A stretch of 20,000 bases of DNA from the IMG/VR virus record IMGVR_UViG_2675903599_000007. One strand, given 5' to 3'. Positions 12,937 to 20,000 of the stretch are shown piece after piece. Origin of the DNA: an uncultured virus (IMG/VR IMGVR_UViG_2675903599_000007). Lineage: Duplodnaviria; Heunggongvirae; Uroviricota; Caudoviricetes. The notes under the pieces are model-generated. The model made no database searches. It was not told the origin of the DNA and saw only the letters and a list, made by a program, of their open reading frames with translations. The translations under genes were made by a program, and so were the position numbers. The first letter of the stretch is position 1; each line of letters starts with the position of its first letter.

Positions 12937-15556
12937 TAAAAACCTGCGCCTGCAGGTGGTTCTGAATGCGGTTGATAAACTCACCCGCCCTTTAAAAAAT
13001 GCGCTGGCTGGCTCGAAGGAGCTGGCCTCCGGCATCCGGCAGACCCGTGATCAGCTTAAACGGCTTAACGACGCGGGGAGCCAGTTAAAATCTTTTGATC
13101 AACTCTCACAGAGTCTGAACCGGACCAGCAACGAGCTGGACCAGGCGCGGCTGCGTGCGCAGATGATGACGCGCGAACTGGCAGCGCTCGAATCCCCCAC
13201 GAAAAAACAGACGCAGGCGCTTGAGGCGCAATGGCGCGCCGTATCACGCCTGGAACAAAAGCAGCAGCAGGAAACGCGGCAGATGGCGGCAACCAGGGCG
13301 GAGCTGTACCGCCTTGGCATCTCTGCGGGCGGCGGTGCCCGTGAAACAGCCCGCATTACCCGCGAAACTGATCGCTATAACCAGCAGCTGGCAGAGCAGG
13401 AGCGGCGCTTGCGGGACGTGGGCGAGCGCCAGCGCAAGCTGAATGCGATCAGGGCCAAAGCTGACAAGATGCGCGACGTGCGTAACAACCTGGCGGGGAA
13501 CGGTGCCGGGATGATGGCCGCCGGGGTGACAACGGGCGCGACGCTGCTGGCGCCTATTCGCGCCTACTCGGAATCAGAGAACGCCGCAAACCAGCTGGCA
13601 GGCTCAATGATGGGGCCGGGCGGAAAGGTGGCGCCTGAGTTCATGAAACTAAACAAACTGGCAATAGCCCTGGGTGACCGGCTGCCCGGCACCACGGCAG
13701 ACTTTCAGAACATGATGACCATGTTACGTCGTCAGGGGATGTCAGCGCAGGTTATCCTGGGCGGGCTGGGTGAGTCGGCGGCTTACCTTGGCGTGCAGCT
13801 GCAGATGGCGCCGACGGAGGCTGCAGAGTTTGCCGCAAAATTGCAGGACGCCACGCAGACCACCGAAAAAGACATGATGAGCCTGATGGATCTTATCCAG
13901 CGTGGTTTTTATGCGGGCGTAGACCCCGGGAATATGCTGCAGGGTTTCGCAAATATCAGCAGCGCTATGGACATTATCAAGCAGAAGGGCCTGGATGCTG
14001 CAAAAACCTTCAGTCCGCTTCTCGTCATGGCCGATCAGGCGGGGATGGCTGGAGAGTCAGCGGGTAATGCCTACCGTAAAATTTTTCAGGCCACGCTGGA
14101 TGCGAAAAATATTAAGGGCATAAACGACGGGCTGAAAGGAAAGGGCATCAAGTTCGATTTCTCCGACGGGAAAGGCGGATTTGGTGGTCTGGAAAAGATG
14201 TACGCGCAGTTAGAAAAGCTTGAAAAACTAAATCCTGAAACGAAATTTGCAACGATGAAAGCCCTGTTTGGTAATGATAATGAGGTGCTAAAAGCGCTGA
14301 ATACCATGATGTCAAAAGGCATGGCGGGCTATCGTGAAACCGTCGCTAAACTGGAGAGCCAGGCAACTCTGCGCGAGCGCGTCGAGGCGTCCCTGAATAC
14401 CTTAGGCAACAAATGGGAAGCCGCTGGCGGCTCTTTTACTAACGCCATGGCAAGCATCGGAGAAACCGTCGCTCCAGTGCTGAAAAATATAGCGGACTGG
14501 CTGGGTAATCTGGCGTCCGCGCTGGATGGTTTTGTGAAGCGTCATCCGCAACTGACGGCGGCGCTATTTAAAATTGCGGCCGTATTTGCCGTGGTAGCTA
14601 CCGCAGCGGGTGTGGTGTCACTGGCCCTGGCATCCATTTTGGGTCCTATGGCGGTACTGCGGGTAAGTGCTGGCATTCTCCAGCTGATATTTGCTTCTGC
14701 GTTTGGTCTGGTCACAAGAGTAATTGGCGGTGCAGGCCAGGCGGTCATCTGGTTAGGCCGGTTGATGATGGCTAACCCCATTCTGGCGATAGTTGGCCTG
14801 ATTGCGATGGGAGCCATCTATATCTGGCAGAACTGGGAAACGCTGGGGCCGAAGTTTAAAGCACTCTGGGATGCCATCACGTCAGGGGTGTCAGTAGCCT
14901 GGACTGTGATTAAGCAGACCATAAGCAGCAAATGGGATGAAATTCTGAGTGATGTTGCCGCGCTGGCCGCAAAGTTTAAAGCAGTGGGCGGGGCGATCAT
15001 TGACGGCATCCTGAGCGGTATCAATGAGAAGTGGGAAACGCTTAAGAGCAAGCTGGCATCGGTCAAAAGCTATCTGCCGGACTGGATGACCGGCGGGGAC
15101 AAATCGCCAGGCGCACCTCAGCAGAAAGGGCCGAGCGGATTTTTCGCGGGGATGTATGACGGCGGCGGCTATATTCCACACGGGAAGGTGGGCATTGCTG
15201 GCGAGAATGGCCCGGAGCTGATTAACGGCCCGGCCTATGTGACCAGCCGCAGGAGAACGGCCGCGCTGGCGTCCGTAGTCGCCGGAATGATGGGGGGAGC
15301 AATGCCAGCAGAGGCCGCCCCGCTTCATCCCATGAGTCTGCCGGCAGCTTCATACCGTCCTGTAACTGATAAGCTAGCAGGCAGCCAGCCTGTATTCCAG
15401 TTTGAAACCCATGCGCAAATTATTATCCAGGCTCTGCCCGGTCAGAGTGCGCAGGATATTGCGCAGGAAGTTGCACGGCAGCTTGATGCGCGCGAGCGAC
15501 GCATGAAGGCGAAGGCCCGCAGCAATTTCAGTGATCAAGGGGGGTACGATTCATGA
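12929..15556 (+). CDS. T: Tail tape measure protein gpT
   Basis: 875 aa, Ala/Gly/Leu-rich. LQVVLNAVDKLTRP start, hydrophobic IWQNWETL-type region and GIAGENGPEL motif. Confidence 0.95.
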   Translation: MSDKNLRLQVVLNAVDKLTRPLKNALAGSKELASGIRQTRDQLKRLNDAGSQLKSFDQLSQSLNRTSNELDQARLRAQMMTRELAALESPTKKQTQALEAQWRAVSRLEQKQQQETRQMAATRAELYRLGISAGGGARETARITRETDRYNQQLAEQERRLRDVGERQRKLNAIRAKADKMRDVRNNLAGNGAGMMAAGVTTGATLLAPIRAYSESENAANQLAGSMMGPGGKVAPEFMKLNKLAIALGDRLPGTTADFQNMMTMLRRQGMSAQVILGGLGESAAYLGVQLQMAPTEAAEFAAKLQDATQTTEKDMMSLMDLIQRGFYAGVDPGNMLQGFANISSAMDIIKQKGLDAAKTFSPLLVMADQAGMAGESAGNAYRKIFQATLDAKNIKGINDGLKGKGIKFDFSDGKGGFGGLEKMYAQLEKLEKLNPETKFATMKALFGNDNEVLKALNTMMSKGMAGYRETVAKLESQATLRERVEASLNTLGNKWEAAGGSFTNAMASIGETVAPVLKNIADWLGNLASALDGFVKRHPQLTAALFKIAAVFAVVATAAGVVSLALASILGPMAVLRVSAGILQLIFASAFGLVTRVIGGAGQAVIWLGRLMMANPILAIVGLIAMGAIYIWQNWETLGPKFKALWDAITSGVSVAWTVIKQTISSKWDEILSDVAALAAKFKAVGGAIIDGILSGINEKWETLKSKLASVKSYLPDWMTGGDKSPGAPQQKGPSGFFAGMYDGGGYIPHGKVGIAGENGPELINGPAYVTSRRRTAALASVVAGMMGGAMPAEAAPLHPMSLPAASYRPVTDKLAGSQPVFQFETHAQIIIQALPGQSAQDIAQEVARQLDARERRMKAKARSNFSDQGGYDS

Positions 15557-16038
15557 TGATGGTCCTGGGCTTATTTGTGTTTCAGCTGCGCACGGTTCCC
15601 TATCAGCAACTGCAGTATCAGCGGAACTGGCGCCATGTGACCAACAACCGCGTTAATCGCCGTCCGACAACGCAATTTTTGGGGCCAGATAACGATCAGC
15701 TGACGCTCTCCGGCGTCCTCATGCCGGAAGTGACCGGCGGCCGGTTGTCGTTGCTGGCGCTGGAGCTGATGGCAGAGCAGGGGAAGGCGTGGCCCCTGAT
15801 TGAAGGCAGCGGCACGATTTACGGCATGTATGTGATTGAGGGACTGAATCAGACTAAAACGGAGTTTTTCCGCGACGGTATGCCGCGCAGGATTGAGTTC
15901 ACCCTGTCGCTAAAACGCGTGGATGAATCCCTGTCCGATATGTTCGGTGATCTCAGTGCGCAACTGAATAATCTGCAGGGAACGGAAACATCTGCCTTAA
16001 GCGATATCAGTAAAACGGTGGGAGGGCTGCTGTCGTGA
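15553..16038 (+). CDS. U: Tail protein gpU
   Basis: MMMVLGLFVF...PYQQLQ...QFLGP...IEFTLSLKRVD. Confidence 0.94.
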   Translation: MMMVLGLFVFQLRTVPYQQLQYQRNWRHVTNNRVNRRPTTQFLGPDNDQLTLSGVLMPEVTGGRLSLLALELMAEQGKAWPLIEGSGTIYGMYVIEGLNQTKTEFFRDGMPRRIEFTLSLKRVDESLSDMFGDLSAQLNNLQGTETSALSDISKTVGGLLS

Positions 16039-17135
16039 ATTTCAGCTCTGAACTGCTTAACAAAGGCAACAAAACTCCGGCATTCAGCATCAGTATTGAA
16101 GGCAGGGATATCACCACTGTGCTGGACAACCGCCTGATGGGGCTGACGCTGACGGATAACCGGGGATTTGAAGCGGACCAGCTTGATCTGGAGCTGGACG
16201 ACGCCGATGGAAAAATCGTGCTGCCGCGCCGTGGTGCGGTCATTACGCTGGCGCTGGGCTGGAAGGGGCAGCCGCTTTTCCCGAAAGGGGCATTCACGGT
16301 GGACGAGATTGAACACACTGGCGCACCGGACCGCCTGACTATCCGGGCGCGAAGTGCTGATTTTCGGGAAACCCTGAATACCCGCCGTGAAAAATCGTGG
16401 CATAACACCACCATCGGGGAAGTGGTGAAGGAAATAGCCGCGCGGCACAAGCTGAAGATGGCACTGGGTAAAGAGCTGTCGGATAAGCCCGTGGAGCATA
16501 TAGACCAGACTAATGAGAGTGACGGCAGTTTTCTGATGCGACTGGCGCGACAGTACGGTGCCATCGCGTCGGTGAAAAATGGCAATCTGTTATTCATCCG
16601 GCAGGGGCAGGGCAAAAGCGCCACTGGTAAACCACTGCCAGTGATCACTATCACACGCAAGGACGGCGACAGTCACCGCTTTACCCTGGCAGATCGCGGA
16701 GCCTACACGGGCGTAATTGCCAGCTGGTTGCATACCCGTGAACCTGCGAAGAAAGAAAGCACCACGGTGAAGCGTAAGCGCAGAACTAAGAAGCAGAAGA
16801 AAGAGCCGGAAGCGAAGCAGGGCGATTACCTGGTGGGTACGGATGAAAATGTGCTGGTACTTAATCGCACTTATGCCAACCGGAGCAACGCCGAACGAGC
16901 GGCGAAAATGCAGTGGGAACGCCTGCAACGCGGCGTTGCGTCATTCTCGCTACAACTGGCGGAAGGGCGGGCAGATCTCTACACGGAAATGCCAGTGAAA
17001 GTCAGTGGCTTTAAACAGCCGATAGATGATGCGGAATGGACTATTACCACCCTGACGCATACTGTCAGCCCGGATAACGGTTTTACGACCAGTCTGGAGC
17101 TTGAAGTGAAGATTGATGATTTCGAAATGGAATGA
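16035..17135 (+). CDS. D: Baseplate hub / late control D protein gpD
   Basis: LTLTDNRGFEADQLDLELDD, HIDQTNESDGSFLMRLA and GFTTSLELE motifs. Confidence 0.95.
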   Translation: MNFSSELLNKGNKTPAFSISIEGRDITTVLDNRLMGLTLTDNRGFEADQLDLELDDADGKIVLPRRGAVITLALGWKGQPLFPKGAFTVDEIEHTGAPDRLTIRARSADFRETLNTRREKSWHNTTIGEVVKEIAARHKLKMALGKELSDKPVEHIDQTNESDGSFLMRLARQYGAIASVKNGNLLFIRQGQGKSATGKPLPVITITRKDGDSHRFTLADRGAYTGVIASWLHTREPAKKESTTVKRKRRTKKQKKEPEAKQGDYLVGTDENVLVLNRTYANRSNAERAAKMQWERLQRGVASFSLQLAEGRADLYTEMPVKVSGFKQPIDDAEWTITTLTHTVSPDNGFTTSLELEVKIDDFEME

Positions 17136-17226
17136 TTCTTCGCAATGGAGAACTTTTAAGTTTTCAAAATGGAATAATGCGGTATCATTATTGTGAATTT
17201 AGCAAAAATGGGGAGAACTCGAAAAA

Positions 17227-17445
17227 ATGATGATTTGCCCACTGTGTGGAAGTGCCGCCCATACTCGCAGCAGTTTTCAGGTATCTTCATTGACCAAAGA
17301 GCGTTACAACCAGTGCCAGAACATTAACTGCAGCCATACTTTTGTTACCCATGAAACTTTTGTTCGTTCGATTGCAACGCCAAAAGAGTCAAATCCGGTT
17401 CAGCCGCATCCAATGAAATCAGGACAGGTGGCGCTCTCTCTTTGA
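17227..17445 (+). CDS. ogr: Ogr/Delta-family zinc-finger late transcription activator
   Basis: C-X2-C-X22-C-X4-C (CPLC...CQNINCSHTF), located after D. Confidence 0.95.
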   Translation: MMICPLCGSAAHTRSSFQVSSLTKERYNQCQNINCSHTFVTHETFVRSIATPKESNPVQPHPMKSGQVALSL

Positions 17446-17448
17446 CGC

Positions 17449-17530
17449 TGCCGCCATTTTGTCGCCATCGTTAAAAAAAGTGCTTCTAACATCATGATTT
17501 TAAACGGTATAAATTTCAGGCAACAAAAAA
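17449..17530. other. Probable attachment-site arm (integrase arm-type repeats and IHF site)
   Basis: Direct repeats TGCCGCCAT (17449) and TGTCGCCAT (17460), 11 bp apart. AATCATGATGTTA on the - strand (17487-17499) has one mismatch to the IHF consensus WATCAANNNNTTR. It abuts the rybB terminator. Confidence 0.6.
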
Positions 17531-17567
17531 CCCATCAACCTTGAACCGAAGTGGCGGGGTTGATGGG
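17525..17567 (-). terminator. rybB intrinsic terminator
   Basis: CCCATCAACC...GGTTGATGGG stem followed by U6 on the - strand. Confidence 0.9.
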
Positions 17568-17603
17568 CTCCACAAAATGGGGACATCAAAGAAAAGCAGT
17601 GGC
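17525..17603 (-). ncRNA. rybB: RybB sigmaE-dependent small RNA
   Basis: The reverse complement is GCCACTGCTTTTCTTTGATGTCCCCATTTTGTGGAGCCCATCAACCCCGCCACTTCGGTTCAAGGTTGATGGGTTTTTT. It has the recognisable RybB seed and terminator and lies next to ybjL. Confidence 0.96.
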
Positions 17604-17609
17604 ATTACT

Positions 17610-17636
17610 TATGACTGATGCCCTGAGAAAAAGTTC
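17610..17636 (-). promoter_or_regulatory. sigmaE promoter of rybB
   Basis: -35 GAACTT (17636-17631), 16-nt spacer, -10 TCATA (17614-17610), then 6 nt to +1 at 17603. Confidence 0.88.
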
Positions 17637-17664
17637 TGCCTGTGACGGCTTTTTTCTCAAAAAA

Positions 17665-19350
17665 TTATTGTAGCCCTGGCCAGATGATCACGATGAGCGT
17701 CCCGGCAAGGGTAAGCAGCACGTTGGCGATGGCGTAGGTGCCTGCGTAGCCGAGCGCGGGAATGTTGCTGCGCGCGGTATCGCTGATGATCTCCATCGCC
17801 GGGGCGCAGGTGCGGGCTCCCATCATGGCGCCGAACAGCATCGCCCGGTTCATGCGCAGCACGTAGGCGCCGAACAGGAAGCAGATCACCACCGGCACCA
17901 GGCTGACGATAAGCCCTGCCGCCAGCATCTGGCCGCCGACGGCGCCCAGCCCGTTATTGATCCCGGCCCCGGCGCTGAGACCGACTCCGGCCATAAACAC
18001 CATCAGACCAAACTCTTTCACCATGTTCAGCGCCCCCTGCGGGATATAGCCGAAGGTTGGGTGGTTGGCGCGCAGGAAGCCAAGCATGATGCCGGCGAAC
18101 AGCAGGCCGGCGGCGTTGCCGATGCCGAAGCTGAAGGAGCTGAACTGGAAGGTGATCATGCCGATCATCAGGCCAACGATAAAGAAGGCGCAGAAGGCCA
18201 GCAGATCGGTCACCTGGCTGTGAATGGAGATAAAGCCGATGCGGTCGGCCACGGTTTTTACGCGGCGGGCGTCGCCGCTGACCTGCAGCACGTCGCCTTT
18301 GTTCAGTACGACGTTATCGTCGATAGGCATCTCGATCTGGCTGCGAATAACCCGGTTTAAGAAGCAGCCGTGGTCGGTAAGCTTGAGCTGCGCCAGGCGG
18401 CGGCCGACGGCGTTGTGGTTTTTGACCACTATCTCTTCAGTGACGATGCGCATGTCGAGCAGATCGCGGTCGAACACCTCTTTACCGTTGCGGAAGCTCG
18501 GGTCGAGGCGGGCGTGGGCGTCCGGGTAGCCCACCAGCGCAATATCGTCACCCATCTGCAGCACCGCGTCGCCGTCCGGGTTGGCCAGAATGCCGTTGCG
18601 ACGAATGCGTTCAATATAGCAGCCGGTCTGGCGGTAAATACCCAGTTCGCGCAGATTTTTGCCATCCGCCCAGGCCACCAGCTCCGGGCCGACGCGGTAG
18701 GCGCGGATCACCGGCAGGTAGACTTTACGTTTGGAATCGGTATCGAGGCCGCGCTCGCGGGCGATTTGCTGGGCGCTGGTCTGCAGATCCTGATGCTGCA
18801 GCTTGGGCATATAGCGGGCGCCGACGATCAGGCTCACCAGACCAACCAGATAGGTCAGGGCATAGCCGAGGCTCAGATGGTCAAGCGACTGCGCCAGCTG
18901 ATCGCTGGGCAGGCCGAAATGGCGCAGGGTGTCGCCCGCGCCCACCAGCACCGGGGTGGAGGTCATGGCGCCTGCCAGCATACCGGCGGTGAGCCCGATA
19001 TCCCAGCCGAACACTTTACCCAGCACCATGGCGATCAGCATCGCGCTGCCGACCATCACCAGCGCCAGCATCAGGTAGTTTTTCCCGTCGCGGAAAAAAA
19101 TAGAAAAAAAGTTGGGCCCGGCTTCTACGCCAACGCAAAAAATAAACAGCATAAAGCCGAGATTAAGGGCATCGGTGTTAATCGCGAAATGCTGCTGGCC
19201 TAATAATAGAGAAACGACTAAAACGCCAATGGAATTACCAAGTTGTACTGAGCCGAGACGCAGTTTTCCCAGGCATAGTCCTAATGCAAGTACAACGAAT
19301 AATAACAGGATGTAATTCCCGTTTAACAAATCTGCGACGTTTATATTCAC
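17665..19350 (-). CDS. ybjL: YbjL, AspT/YidE/YbjL-family putative transporter with TrkA-C domains
   Basis: GTG start [18 protein letters not shown] at 19350. Two membrane regions flank a soluble region, GARTCAPAM motif, and synteny with rybB and ybjM. Confidence 0.95.
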   Translation of the reverse strand: MNINVADLLNGNYILLLFVVLALGLCLGKLRLGSVQLGNSIGVLVVSLLLGQQHFAINTDALNLGFMLFIFCVGVEAGPNFFSIFFRDGKNYLMLALVMVGSAMLIAMVLGKVFGWDIGLTAGMLAGAMTSTPVLVGAGDTLRHFGLPSDQLAQSLDHLSLGYALTYLVGLVSLIVGARYMPKLQHQDLQTSAQQIARERGLDTDSKRKVYLPVIRAYRVGPELVAWADGKNLRELGIYRQTGCYIERIRRNGILANPDGDAVLQMGDDIALVGYPDAHARLDPSFRNGKEVFDRDLLDMRIVTEEIVVKNHNAVGRRLAQLKLTDHGCFLNRVIRSQIEMPIDDNVVLNKGDVLQVSGDARRVKTVADRIGFISIHSQVTDLLAFCAFFIVGLMIGMITFQFSSFSFGIGNAAGLLFAGIMLGFLRANHPTFGYIPQGALNMVKEFGLMVFMAGVGLSAGAGINNGLGAVGGQMLAAGLIVSLVPVVICFLFGAYVLRMNRAMLFGAMMGARTCAPAMEIISDTARSNIPALGYAGTYAIANVLLTLAGTLIVIIWPGLQ

Positions 19351-19616
19351 GAAAGCCAACTTCTCATTTACTAGTAAGTTGTTGAAGGAAATGGTTATTT
19401 GGTCTAAGGTTGCTCAGGCGTTCGCGTTGTCGCGAACCTATTCTGGCACCCTGTTATAACCAGCAAAAATATACCGCTAGTTTAATCCTTCCTGGATGCG
19501 GCGGCTAGTGACAATCGTTTTTAGGCTGGTAGGGGAGTTATTGGCATGGATTGCCGAAATGCTTTATCTGACTGGGCGACGTGGACGTGAGTTAGAGGCA
19601 ACATCAGGAGGATACG

Positions 19617-20000
19617 GTGAAATCTGAGCGTAGTTGGGCCGGCATTATCTGTGGCTTCGTTCTGTTCATTGTGGTGTGCTTATCGTTGTTGTTACATATG
19701 AAAGGGGCATTTCGCGCCAGCGGCAACCCGGAGCTGGGCCTGCTCTTCTTTTTGCTGCCAGGGGCGGCGGCGAGCTGTCTCTCTCCTGGACGGCGGGTGC
19801 TGCGTCCTTTGCTCGGCGCGATACTGGCGGCGCCGGTCTGCATGGTGACGATGCGGCTGTTCTTCGTGACCCACCGGACGTTCTGGCAGGAGATGGCGTG
19901 GGTGTTGAGCGCCGTGTTCTGGTGCGCGCTTGGGGCATTGTGCTTTTTGTTTATCTGCGCCTGGCTTGATACCTGGCGCAGTCATTCATCGAGCAAATAA
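19617..20000 (+). CDS. ybjM: Inner membrane protein YbjM
   Basis: WAGIICGFVLF, ELGLLFFLLPG and RTFWQEMAW...SAVFWCALGAL motifs; divergent from ybjL, AGGAGG RBS, TAA at 19998-20000. Confidence 0.9.
   Translation: MKSERSWAGIICGFVLFIVVCLSLLLHMKGAFRASGNPELGLLFFLLPGAAASCLSPGRRVLRPLLGAILAAPVCMVTMRLFFVTHRTFWQEMAWVLSAVFWCALGALCFLFICAWLDTWRSHSSSK

Larger units (their letters stand above)
1..17530 (+). mobile_element. P2/186-like prophage, right portion (lysis, tail, baseplate, ogr); left part lies outside the window
   Basis: Colinear P2-type gene order lysis-R-S-V-W-J-I-H-FI-FII-E/E'-T-U-D-ogr. The sequence switches to chromosomal rybB/ybjL after ~17520. The right boundary is approximate. Confidence 0.96.

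Noticed and set aside
12070..13035. 321-aa reverse-strand ORF, and similar antisense ORFs at 15849-16499, 16007-16660 and 18370-19203
   Set aside because: These are shadows of GC-rich conserved genes on the opposite strand and show no recognisable motifs.
17150..17180. GAACTT upstream of ogr as a possible sigmaE promoter
   Set aside because: No matching sigmaE -10 element at the 16-nt spacing.
19420..19437. Inverted repeat GTTCGCG-TTGT-CGCGAAC in the ybjL-ybjM intergenic region
   Set aside because: A single 7-bp stem with no U-tract or recognised operator; function cannot be supported.

Overview
The window is the right-hand ~17.5 kb of a P2/186-like (Peduovirus-type) prophage followed by ~2.5 kb of enterobacterial chromosome (rybB sRNA, ybjL, ybjM). 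The host is probably Klebsiella, inferred from the GC-rich host genes and protein style. The phage part runs holin (partial), SAR endolysin, a lysA-position membrane protein, lysB, lysC, R, S, an AT-rich antisense moron, V, W, J, I, an inserted cassette (983-aa tailspike, LamG-like protein, 67-aa ORF), a short H-like fibre, FI, FII, E/E', T, U, D and ogr, ending at the 3' end of rybB. All structural genes look intact. The most notable items are: (1) a ~4 kb receptor-binding cassette between I and H, paired with a C-terminal extension on gpI; (2) an uncharacterised two-TM moron between S and V whose upstream region overlaps the Ogr-activated V promoter; (3) integration at the sigmaE-dependent sRNA RybB; (4) a P1-Lyz-type disulfide-switch endolysin. 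All family assignments come from motif recognition and synteny; no database searches were run.
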